Shown here: positions 12,501 to 23,642 of the stretch, piece after piece | Layout: each line of letters opens with the position of its first letter | Numbering within the stretch: position 1 is the stretch's first letter | From: Phyllosticta citribraziliensis | Lineage: Eukaryota | Direction: 5' to 3' | Assembly (NCBI RefSeq): GCF_038025025.1 | Contig: NW_027117350.1 | Location: 744,001 to 808,000 of the forward strand | Length of the DNA: 64,000 nt | Made by a program: the position numbers and the translations under genes | The notes under the pieces: model-generated | What the model was told of the DNA's origin: nothing | The model's input: the letters and a program-made list of their open reading frames with translations, nothing else | Databases searched by the model: none

Positions 12501-14103
12501 CCTCCTCCGGTCGGGACACAAGGCTCCGCCTCAATTCGCTTGGCCCGAAAACATGCCAGAGCCCTTTATCGTCGTCCGCCGTGTCGTGGAGCTCATGAAG
12601 TTCCACCGCGAGGTCATGCGTCACAACTTCACGAAGCTGCGAAGCGATGCTGTCTCCTCGCTAAACGCAGTTTCGAAGGGGCCGATTGATCCAACGAACG
12701 GCACGAATGGAAGCTCGGCAGGAACTCCTACCGTAGCAAGTGCTGTGCAGGCCCGTTGGTGCAGTGGCGAGGACCCTCAGCTTTTCAGGGAGCGTTGGGA
12801 AAAGCTATTCAAGGAGTTTTGTGACGAGGAAAAGGTCGATCCGAGCAAGATTTCAGAGCTGTATGACACGATGAAGTTTGACGCTCTGCACAACCGTCAA
12901 TTCCTTGAGTGGGTATTCACTCCCGACTCTAGCATGCTCGAAGAGGAGGCTCTCGACGAGACTGCATGGAAGGACACGGCAACGAGCAGTGCTAAATCTA
13001 CCGAGCCTTCGAGTCCGTCCGAGGTGGTTCACGAAAGCAAGGAGCACAACTACGACAAGGGAAGCATTTCCCACCGCATCGGCTTCAGGAGACGGTCCGA
13101 GGCGGTTCCTCCCGTCCGGAGCAAAGAAGCCAGTCCAGCGCCAGAATCGTACTTCAACCTCTTTGAAGGAGTCGGTAAAGGACCCTCGAAAGCCAAGACG
13201 GATGCTCGTTTGGAGCGACTGCGCGAGCTGTACAAACTTTGCAAGGTCCTCTTCGACTACATTGGTCCCCAGGAGTACGGCATCACGGACGCGGAGAAGC
13301 TGGAGATTGGGCTGTTGACGTCTCTGCCGCTGCTCAAGGAGATTGTCAAGGACCTCGAGGAAGTGCAGGCTTCGGAGGATGCAAAGGCCTATTTCTACTT
13401 CACCAAGGAGTCGCACATTTATACGCTGCTCAACTGTATCCTCGAGGGTGGCATCCAGACCAAGATCAAGCGCAACGCTATCCCCGAGCTCGACTATCTG
13501 TCGCAAATTTGCTTCGAGCTGTTTGAGTCCCAGAATCCGACGGCCGAGGACGAACCTTCGTCGTTCAACTATTCGATCAGGATCAGCCTCTCGCCTGGCT
13601 GCCACACGTTCGACCCGCTCGACATGTAAGTTTCTCACAAGACTTTAAGGATATTCAGACTGATCCGCTGCAGCCAACTCGACAGCAAACACTGCATCGG
13701 CATCGCCCAGCGCCGCTCCCTCACTTCGCATCATGACTGGAAAGACGTCATTGGCACGCTTCGCGCCAAATTCCACAGGTACGAATGCTCACTCCCCCCG
13801 AATTCAACTCGTCCACACTGCTCCCCCACTCCCTCTCTTCCTTGGCCAGCACTAACGATATCCCGTAGCGTCAAACTTCCCAAATCATTCATTGCAATCA
13901 ACTTGTCCGAGAAAGTTCCCCAAGCCTTTGGAAAGAACGCGCCATCGGATGAGATCACTACCGTTGATGACGAAATCGAGAAGTTCGAGAAGCTGGACAA
14001 GTTGGAGAAGCTAGAGGCGAATGGCGGCAACGCCGATGCCTCTGTCGAGCAGGAGCAGGAGGAAGTCACTGTCGAACGCTTTCAGGAGCCGGAGGCGTAC
14101 TAG
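9507..14103 (+). CDS. VIP1: Inositol hexakisphosphate / diphosphoinositol-pentakisphosphate kinase (PPIP5K, Vip1/Asp1), 4 exons
   Basis: ATP-grasp kinase domain ([25 protein letters not shown]) plus histidine acid phosphatase motif RHADR...ESHIY. Introns 9874-9922, 13626-13673 and 13779-13868 keep frame. Start is 9507 or 9594 (uncertain). Confidence 0.95.
11635..11667 (+). repeat. (GCGACT)n coding repeat giving poly-(Ala-Thr) in the VIP1 linker
   Basis: gcaact gcgact gcgact gcgact gcgact gcg encodes ATATATATATA. Confidence 0.85.
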
Positions 14104-14608
14104 GAGCACTGATCGCCTGTGCTGTTATTGCTGGCGTCTTCGTCGTTTCTTTTCCTCTCTTTTCCGTGCATTGCTTCATCGCACACACGTTTCTTTGCTA
14201 CGTACATACCTAAGTAGGTACGTCTCGCTTCAGGGATAGGTGGATAGGTCGTTAAACGGAGGGGAAGGCAATCGTCGGCGTCTATTGCTCAGGTTTTCGC
14301 GTCCGCTCACTGCGCGCACATCGTTCGTCCATTCGCCTGTACATTCTTGGTCAGTGTCTGCCACGCTGCGACTGTCTGGCTGTGCTTTCACTTTCTGTGT
14401 ATTTGTACGCGGCCGTACCATAAAAACGAGCATGCATGTGTTTTTGAGTCGTGCCATCATCATCACAAACATCGTGCACTGACGGAGGAAGAGTAAAGCG
14501 GTAACTACGTCGTCGATTGCATCAAAAGCATCTGCAACTCTGGCGCTTCGATAATGTGAACCAAGGCATCATCCACCTCTCCAAACGCGCTTTTGATCCC
14601 CGGCCATT

Positions 14609-16216
14609 TTAATACCAAACATCACCTAACGAGCAGTCGTCGTGCTCATGCAGCCCTCCACCGCCTACACGAAACCTGTCTGACCGGTAATACGTACTCC
14701 GCTGGTCCATTTTAACAAGGCGGAAAAGACCACCGCTGTACCGCACGTCGTATCCCAGCGGCACAAAGCCGTACTCAGAGTGCAGCTCAAAGGCGCCCTC
14801 GAACAGGACACTGCGCCTGCTGAGCCCACCCCAGCGCTCGTCCGGCCGCAGCTCGTGCAAGATGAGACCTGGTTCGAAACGGTCAGACAGGAAGAGGGCG
14901 GCAATGTGACAGCTGCAGCACGGCGGCCCGGGGCAGGCGTGCGAGCGCACGCCGTTGCGCAGCGTGGCCCAGAAGCCGAAGAAGCACAGGCGCGAGAATT
15001 CGTCATCGAGCGCGACGACGTCGCCGTCGTAGCCGCGCGCGCAGAGCACGCGCGCGCCGTGGCGTTGTTCGGGTGTTTGGTAGGGGACGACCAGGGACTC
15101 CTCGCGCAGCACGTTGATCAGTAGGTGGAAGCCGCTGTTTGTCCTAGAGAGGACGCCTTGGGCGTCGGGCGGCGGCACGCGTTTGCGGAAGTACATGACG
15201 CATTCGAGGAGAGCGGGAAAGGCGCCGCGCGCCTTCATGCGACGTATGTCTGGCAGATAAGCGCGCGGGGTGTGCGATCCGGCGTGGTAGCCACACCACA
15301 AATCCAATCCTGTATAGCGCATGGGCTGTGGCGTGTGGACGTTGGGTATCTCGATGAGGAGTTGTTCGAGCCGTGGGAAGCGCATATGGGGCTCATCTCC
15401 CGGCCTCGATATTCCGAAAAGCGCTTCGCAGACGTATTTGGTCCGGAGACTGAGGGCTTTCAGACGAGGCATGATTTTTCCAAGAGCTTCGCAGACGTGG
15501 AAGTGTATAAACCTAGGTCGGTTCCGCCGACTGCATCCGGTGTCAAGCTCCAGGTACGTCACTGAATCTGGCAGCAGTCTCAAAACCTCCTCCACAAAAT
15601 GGAGACTCGTCGGGTAGTCATCGAAAGCCTCGACTTGTAGCGAAAAAGTGCGTAGGTTGGTCAGCTTTGGAAGGATATCCAGGAACTGCTGACTGGGGTT
15701 CCAGTGAACGTTGGGCGGAATCGACAATGTCTCTCTGTCACTCGGTAGAGGATACGTCCAGCTGGGGTAGTAAAGCCCGATGGTGAGAGACTCGACAGCG
15801 ACGTATAATTGTGCTGGGAAACGCCAGGCGAAGGAAAGAAAGCCACTACGATTCAGGCAGCGTTTGAGTTTCAAGGGTTTGCATCCAAGCGTCATGAAAT
15901 GACTGCATGCAAAAAGACACTGCTTGTACTCGGAGAAGCCGGCGTTGCATTCGACGTAATACAGAATGATTTCAAAGATTTCGTCTGGTAGCTTTCCGAA
16001 TGGACTGTTGGTGCATGCGAGAAGACACTGCTTGTACTCGGAGAAGTGGGTGTTGCGTTCGACGTATTCCAGAATGATTTCAATGATTTCGTTTGGTAGC
16101 TTTCCGAATGGACTGTTGGATAAGGCTAGAGTCGAATCCCGCTGCACATATCGAGATGCCGTGATGGCGCTGCGGACAGTGGGGCCCTTATCGGATGTCA
16201 TTGTGGCATAACCCAT
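14609..16216 (-). CDS. F-box domain protein with tandemly duplicated F-box and LRR-like middle region
   Basis: Long uninterrupted ORF with LPNEIIEIILEY and LPDEIFEIILYY F-box-like motifs, followed by LPKLTNLRTFSL, LPDSVTYLELD and FPRLEQLLI. First ATG at 16216. Confidence 0.75.
   Translation of the reverse strand: MGYATMTSDKGPTVRSAITASRYVQRDSTLALSNSPFGKLPNEIIEIILEYVERNTHFSEYKQCLLACTNSPFGKLPDEIFEIILYYVECNAGFSEYKQCLFACSHFMTLGCKPLKLKRCLNRSGFLSFAWRFPAQLYVAVESLTIGLYYPSWTYPLPSDRETLSIPPNVHWNPSQQFLDILPKLTNLRTFSLQVEAFDDYPTSLHFVEEVLRLLPDSVTYLELDTGCSRRNRPRFIHFHVCEALGKIMPRLKALSLRTKYVCEALFGISRPGDEPHMRFPRLEQLLIEIPNVHTPQPMRYTGLDLWCGYHAGSHTPRAYLPDIRRMKARGAFPALLECVMYFRKRVPPPDAQGVLSRTNSGFHLLINVLREESLVVPYQTPEQRHGARVLCARGYDGDVVALDDEFSRLCFFGFWATLRNGVRSHACPGPPCCSCHIAALFLSDRFEPGLILHELRPDERWGGLSRRSVLFEGAFELHSEYGFVPLGYDVRYSGGLFRLVKMDQRSTYYRSDRFRVGGGGLHEHDDCSLGDVWY
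15903..16118. repeat. 108-bp tandem duplication (2 copies) inside the F-box gene
   Basis: tggtagctttccgaatggactgttg ends at both 16010 and 16118. The two 36-aa translations are near-identical. Confidence 0.92.
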
Positions 16217-16956
16217 GGACTCGAAGGAAACGACAAAGAATGACGCAGAGTTTCGAAGCTGGCCAGAAGGAGGCGGTGGTTGAGAATGTAAGATGTTCAC
16301 ATCCAGCTCCTCATATTAGCAGGTTGGGCCAAAATAGAAGGAGCAGCCCGTCCATGATCTCGAGTTTCCACCTGCCACGTTGAGTGGCTGATGTCACAAA
16401 AGCCACCAGTGCTTTCCAGAGACCGCAAAGAACCTTCCAAGGCCTTGAGTGGACACGCAAAGTGGACCAAAGAAGGCAAAATATAGATGGGGCAAGGCAG
16501 TCTCGGAAATGGCTGTACTTTGAGGCGACGCCCGAAAGTGTTCCATTGTCGTTTCGATACACATTCTCTGAGACTGTTCTTCTAATCATGCCACAGTGGG
16601 AGTCCTTGGCTAAGAATCCAGGTCATTGTTTGCAAAGAGTACTAGGGACACATCCAAAAACACTCCGTTTCAGAGGTATCCAACGAGAGAGAGGGCGCGA
16701 GAGACAGAAACAGACAGAAAGTCCCATTCTTTCCAGACTCAGACAAAACTCCTACCGTACCTGACCCCATTCCCATGCCATGCATGCGACCAAACCTGCA
16801 TCCAAACTGAAAAGCAAAAGAAGAAAAAGGGAGCGTCCCGGACGGCGACGATGGCGAAAGATCATCATCGGCAGCGCAATCATGTACAAAAGCTGTTCCA
16901 CGAAGCCTGAACGAAAAGGGGGCAAGCCAAAAGGGGCAGTAGAATGGCTGCAGTGG

Positions 16957-18673
16957 TTAGTGATCCCACTCCTTGAAGCCCTTTTGCCGTTGCCGCGAGT
17001 TCCAATTGAGTGTGCGCGAAATGCTGTCGATCCAGTCTTTGCCGCGTCGTTCGAGCGGCAGCACACAGGGGAAGGGGAAACGCGAAGCAGATACTGTGAC
17101 GTAGTCTCCGGGACGAAGCTCCACGCTGCGGTCGTCGTTAGCAATCAGTACCACTCAGAGTTTGTTTGCTCTGTGGATTGAGGAAATACTTACCGTTCTC
17201 GGCCGTCGAAGCTCGCCCAAGAGCTCGTCCGCGCGTCGTATGGGACGCCGGCGCGCAGGACAATAGTGTCTGGCAAAATGATGGGGCGAAAAGAGAGCGT
17301 GTGCGCGCATATAGCCGTGAGGAGAATGACGGGGTTATCCGGATGGCACAGCGAGCCGCCGGCCGCGAGGTTGTACGCGGTCGAGCCGGTCGGTGTTGCG
17401 ATGCAAATGCCGTCGGCCTGGACACTGGTAAAGTGCTCGTCGTCGCCGAAGATTTCAATCGACGACAGCGCTTGACGGCCCCACAAGTTAGAATCACGGT
17501 GATACCAACAATCTCCCAGCTGCTGGTGGTGGTCGACCAACTTACTCGGATTCGGCCCGCGGTCCACGACCACCTCGTTCAGGATGTTGTGTGTGCCGTC
17601 CGGCTTGTGGGTGTGCGCGTCTTCCATTTCTTCGCCTATCAGCTCCTCGACGAGGTCTTTGGTGCAGTGGACATCTTTTCGCCGTTGCGAACGCATCACT
17701 GTGGCCTCGAAGCGGAGTCGCAGACTAACGGTGATGCCGTCTCTAAATGCTCGCGAGAGCGTCTCGGGATACTTTTCGTAGTCGAATTTTGTCAAGAAGC
17801 CGAGCGACCCGAGGGAAAAGGCTAGGACAGGCGGAACGATGCGCTGAAAGAGCCAACTTGCGTACAGAACCGTGCCATCTCCGCCCAACTAGACGTCGAA
17901 AGTCAGTAGACAATTCAGCGCAATAGAGGAATTACTTGCCGCCAGGACCATGTCAAACGACTGGGGTCGTTTATGACAGAATTCTATAGTCCAGAATTTT
18001 AATCGCTTCCGGTACGACTCGTTACCAGCGATGAGGCCATCCTTGTCGAAGAGCTTGTTGTCCTCCAGCGTGTTTTCGACGTAGCTGTAAGTCCCATCAG
18101 CCTTCGAATCAGGCCACAGCTATCCTTCGCCTGGCTTACACTTTGTAGTTCTCATCCTGCTTCAGTAACCATTCCGCAACTTCCCGCGTGTTGGAAATGA
18201 GCGACTCGTCGTGCGCCTTGGCGAGGACGAAGACGTTCTTGACGCTCATCCGCAGCCGAATGTGGGCGAGCTTCTTGGCCAGCTCTCGGATCCCAAACGC
18301 CATGTCTGATATTTGCTTTTTGGTCAACAGCCGCGACTGTACGGCGTCGTTGTGCTCGTCTGGATTCTTGTCCGCCGCCTTTTCCGACCTAAGGCCCTCA
18401 TAGCTCGGGGTGTTGTCTCCAGAGTGGATTTCGGCATCCTTGTGCGCTTCAATGAGCGTGTGAACGAAGCAATTGGTCGGTCTTCGCAGGTAGGTCGGGC
18501 GATGGGCAGAACCGGGGGCTAGGGAGGATTTGCGGCGGTGGTTGCTGTCGTTGTCGAAGACGACCTGAGGGCTCCGTCAGCGACTGCTGGGTGCGCCACG
18601 GCGTGCGCGACCAGCGGCAGGGGTTGGAATGCACCTCGAGCGCGTGCTGGAACTCGGGATCGTTGGGATTCAT
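16957..18673 (-). CDS. ATP-NAD kinase (Utr1/Yef1-like), multi-exon
   Basis: [25 protein letters not shown] and [27 protein letters not shown] motifs. Ends KEWDH* at 16957. 5' end uncertain: MNPNDPEF at 18673, with a possible extra exon near 18803. Confidence 0.9.
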
Positions 18674-19459
18674 CTCCTTGTCACTCTCAAAGGCAGCGTC
18701 AGCACTGGACCACCCATCCTGGAGGGGCAGAGCGGGGAGCAAACTGTACGTCGTCTGAGCGGTTGTCGCTCGGAGGACCCGTCAACAAAGACATGGAGTT
18801 CATGTTCTGCAGGCGAGGAGGGAGGGGGAGCGGAGGGTCTAGGGTATGCGCGTTGGCGGCTTTGTCTAGCTGCTATTCGGCGTCGTCTACAGATTACTCT
18901 GCAGTCCTCGGCATCTTAAGCGGCATGTGTGCGGTGATGTGGTGCAGTCGGATGACGTATGAATGACTCGCGCAAAAAAATAAGTCGACGATCCCTGAAT
19001 CTCAGGAACTGTTGGCTGAGTCGGACGGACAGACGCGGTTGATCTTCGATGTGTGTACTCAATTCTAGCAAGAGCCCCTGACAGCCTGAGAATAGCCATG
19101 AGGAGATCCGCCGCCAGCTTCACCAATCATTTTTGCTGCATTTGATCCACGAATTGAGAAATTATCCTATTGCTCGCAGTGTAGTTCCATCCATCCAAGC
19201 GCCAATTAAATGCTATGTACAACCTGTTCACTGTCAACCCCTTTGATCGGGTTGAATCCGACCGCGCTGTGTTGAAGTCGGGTCATTGCGGTTGGCCATC
19301 TTCATGCCGAGAAGCTTTAGACATCTTCCCCGCGACACTCCGTTCTGTACCGATGACAACGCTCAATCGTTGTCGATCCTGCTTCATGTAAGAGTCAAGG
19401 TCTACCATCAATTGACCACGCTGACCTTTTCAAAAATCGTTTCCTCATGGTTCGATCTT

Positions 19460-21540
19460 TTACACGTGAAGCTCGGCGGCTTGGATGTTCTGCACATGGA
19501 AATTAGAACCCTCATGGCTTGTGTGGGCGTCTGCAGGACACCAAACTCACCGTCGTGTACTTGGACAGAGCGCGTGCAACCTCGGTTGTGGTGAATTTCT
19601 CAACTTGCTGCGGCGCCCTTCCGATAAAAGTCTTGTGGTCAAGCAGGCGGTCAATCTCGCCGTGGACAGGCTCAAAGAACTTGTCGTTCTTGATGCGCTC
19701 GATAAGATCGTTTGAGCCACCCTCCATCTTGACAACGTAGCTGGCCTGGTGGCTAAGGACACGAATCTGCTCGTGAACGTCCTGTCTGCTGTGACCCTTG
19801 GCGACCATGGCCATGATGATGTTTTCGGTGGCCATGAAAGGCAGCTCCTGGTTGACGCGGGCCTCGATGACCTTGGGGTAGACGACCATGCCCGAAGAAA
19901 TGTTGTCCAGCAACAGGCAGCACGCATCGGCAGTCAGGAATGTCTCGGGAAGGGTAATGCGGCGGTTGGCACTGTCATCGAGCGTACGCTCAAACCACTG
20001 AGCCGAGTAGGTGTGGAGAGCATTCTGAGGAAGGGTCTGGAGGTGGCGGCCGAGACTGCACATGCGCTCAGAGCGCATCGGGTTCCGCTTGTAGGCCATG
20101 GCAGACGATCCAATCTGGTCCTTCTCGAATGGCTCCTCAAGCTCCTTGAACGAGGCCAAGTGACGAATGTCGCCACCAATTCTCTCGCAGGTGGCACCGA
20201 AAGATCCCACGACGTTGACAATGTCGGCATCGACCTTGCGGCTGTAAGTCTGGGATGTAATGATGAATGCATCGTTGAAACCGCTCTTCTCAGTAACGAG
20301 CTCGTCCAACCTCTCAACCTTGTCGTGGTCGCCGTTGAAGATCTGTAAGAAAGAAGCCTGGGTACCAGTCCTATAAGGCGTGAGCATTTACCCATCTTGA
20401 ACCGGTTTGCGCGAATCCTTACGTTCCCTTGACACCCCTGAAGCGCATGTCATCGCGCGCCCTCTCGAGATTCTGGAGGTCGATCAGGAGATCTGTATTC
20501 CGTTAGATGTTTAGAAACATAGAGTGATGCATAAATGACTTGCCCTGGATCCAAAGGCATGCCCTCTTTCCAACTGTGCAATGTTAGCTTAAGAAACGAA
20601 AGACTTCCTTCAAAGCATACCAGTCGTCAATTGTGCCTGCAAAAGGTGTCAGCATGGTCCAGACATTGTCGAATTTGTACATACAGGCTGAAGATGGGTG
20701 TAGGCCAGGCAAGGCAGCGATGCATTGGCCTGGGCGAATTCCGTGAGCTTGCGGATAGCACTGGCAATCTTGTGGCAGAGGAGGTCCAGAGCATCGCGGT
20801 AGAGGATCAGATCAGCGTTGTCGGTAACGTAGCACGACGTGGCTCCCCTAGATTAGCTGGTCAGCACTTCGCTTGGTGACAACCCGTCAACACATTTCTC
20901 TCCCTTCCTTCATATATATGCTCTGATCACCCCATGGACCCTGGACGCGCTCTGGAAACCAATCCAGCGATTTCTCGTGCGCTCCCCTCCCTCTCACAAA
21001 TGTCCACATGTAAAGTCTAGGAAATTCGTACCAGTGGATAATGCCAGCGGCAGCAGGGGCTGCCAGGCCAAAAGTGTGCACATGCGCCATGACATCGTGT
21101 CTCCGGCGCTTCTCCTCCTCGGCCGCAATCGGAAATTCCTCGTCCTTGATGGTGAGGTTTGCGCGCATCTGCTCAATGGCATCGTCCGAAATGTCCAGAC
21201 CGAGCTCCTTCTCAGACTCGGCGAGCGAGAGCCAGAGTTTGCGCCAGGTGGTAAAGCGAGTCCGAGGCGAGAAGAGCTCCTTCATCGCCTGGCCTGGATT
21301 GTGGGGAGAGATATCAGTCTCGCGTCGGTGGGAGGGAAGGTTACGTGATGCGGGAGGGCCATACTCGAGTACCGCGAGTTAAGCCTATCTCCTGTTAGCA
21401 GCAGATATGGAGAGCAGTCTCTTAGACGCTTACGGAGTTTGGTATATCTACAAGGCAAGACATGTGTCAGTAGAGCGGTCATGTAGCTCGTGATGGTCGA
21501 GCAGTCACAGCGGCAGACTCACGCTGTTTTCGTTGGCCAT
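19460..21540 (-). CDS. ADE13: Adenylosuccinate lyase, many exons including micro-exons
   Basis: Spliced N-terminus [26 protein letters not shown], then [10 protein letters not shown] and the fumarate-lyase signature [15 protein letters not shown]. Last exon NIQAAELHV*. Confidence 0.96.
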
Positions 21541-22775
21541 TTTGGACGAGAGCACGACGAGAGCGTGACACAAAGTAGATAGAGATATCAGGTGGCGAGA
21601 ATTGGAGCTGTGGAGAAGAAACGAGACCTCGAAGCTGGAGAAAGAGGTGAGTCCCGCGGACAAGAAATGGCTTGGTGGGGTCGCGTAGCAGCGGGCAAAA
21701 AAACTCCAGCCGACCTTCTCCGGATCGACACGCGCGAGTCATGGCTCCCGCAGACACCTCCAATTATTGATCCGTGACGGCATGCATCTGCACCCGCACA
21801 AGTGGAAAATCTCCGCTGCTTGTGTATCCTTTTGCCCTTCTCGGCCTCATCGCTGTCGTTGATCCAGATGGCCTTGCTTGGGTCTGGATGATGTTCCCAC
21901 CACTCCTTGGTTCATGTCAGCCTGGACTATCGGTACTGGAGCGTGGAGCCCTAGCAATAACGCGACCCAAGCTGGAAACGTCGACCCTTGATTGCTTTGA
22001 GACATCTTCAAAACAAATTCAAAATCAGCGACGAACTCCTGCATTGTTCAGGGATTCCAAAGACATTGCAGAAGAGCTTGCAGAGCTGTTGCATCCACGG
22101 CAGCCCTTTGTTCTAGCTTGCCCATTCGCCACCTCCGATGCAAGTCATCTATGTCTACCACTTCGACTTCACCTCGCCAGCATGCGAGTAGATAGACAGA
22201 CCCTTAATCCACCCATCAGGTCCTCCGCACGCCGTCGGAGACCCTCCTCGCTAAACAACGAACACGAGTGTTGAAAGGGCCGCGCCCCGCATGGCAATAC
22301 GTAAGGACGGACGAACGGACCTCCTCCACACCCCACGACGGGACGAGACAGCGGACCGGTCCGAGCTCCCAACATCATCAGGTCTCCTCTTCATGAGAGA
22401 CGCCATTGTTGCTCAATGATAATATTACCAGAGATTAAATCCTACGATGTGTTGATTCGTTTCGCCTCCAACACAAATGCACAACGTACAATCCAGGGCT
22501 CCAAAATTTAAATTTAAAAAATCTATAAACCAGAGGCTCGCTAATGCTTACACAAATTCGTCAATTTCACATCCCAAAACTCTCCAAAACCGAAAGCACG
22601 CAGTCGCGTCTAAATAAAAGTTCTTCCCTGGAATATACCGGTAGATTGAGTCAAGAGAAATCTCGGGGTCTTTGGCCATGATGAGCCCATTCGAGTGGCT
22701 CTAGGCAAGCTTGCTCGTTGCCTCCAGAGTCGAAGAGGTTGTCCAAATGGAACTTGAATTGCAGGTGACCATGCC

Positions 22776-23642
22776 TTACCAGAGGAAAGGGACTAGCTTG
22801 CAAGGAGTCCTCTGCTTGTAGGCAGACCACTGGCTCGCGTACTACAACGAAGTCAGCTTTGAATCAAGACCGGGAGAATACAGACTTACCCTCTTGGTGC
22901 AGTACTCATCAAGCGCGGGGATAGCACGGCTCGCGAAATCCCAAAGAAAGAAGCTTCCAACAACGACAGACCAAATCATTCCCGACCCAGCCATGGCGCA
23001 AGCCGCACGCCAAAGAGAGTAGCCGCTGTAGTTGGGATGGCGGACTAGAGCAAAGAGGCCGCCAGTAAACGCCTTGCCCTTGTTCCGCGGGTCAGCCTTG
23101 AAGGCCTTGCGGTGAATTTCACACTGCCACTCGCCGCCGATGCCGAGGACGAAGAAGGTCAGACCAGCCAGCAGGCGTGGGTTCGATAGCGTCTCGCCGC
23201 CGGGACCAGAAGCGGCCGAGGTGGCCGCGCACAGGAAGAGAAGGTTGTTGGTCGTGTTCCAGAAGATGTTGAAGAAGCCGACGCCCAGGGCCCCTGTCAC
23301 CGTCCACGCTTCTTGAGATACGCTCAGTACGAACCACCAATGCTTGATGGCCGTCACAGTGATCATGGCCAGCATCGTGAGTCGGTAAGCCGAAAGTTCG
23401 AGCGCGTCGATGGCGCCGACGCCGCTGGAGAGCGCTGGACCGTCCGGGATGACTTCTCCTCCAAGCAGTTTGATGAGCCCGGCTCCAAAGCCATTGGCGA
23501 GAATGGCGAATTGAAGGACGCAATCAAAAGTCCGAAGGCCAAGGAAAAGTGCTGTATTGAACGGGGAAGAGGACTTGAAGCCGCGAGGCACGAAATCCTT
23601 GGAGCTCAGCTCAGTCTTCTCGTTGGTCTTGGAGTCGGCCAT
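22776..23642 (-). CDS. DUF1295 / steroid 5-alpha-reductase-like membrane protein, 2 exons
   Basis: Hydrophobic helices with FKADPRNKGKAFTGGLFALVRHPNYSG. After the intron the last exon reads YASQWSAYKQRTPCKLVPFLW*. Confidence 0.85.

Noticed and set aside
21736..21741. TGACTC (Gcn4/Bas1-like) site upstream of ADE13
   Set aside because: A single hexamer, expected by chance.
21774..22400. Possible gene relic between ADE13 and DUF1295 (minus-strand KEWWEHHPDPSKAIW segment)
   Set aside because: No convincing start, exon chain or family; would need tBLASTx.
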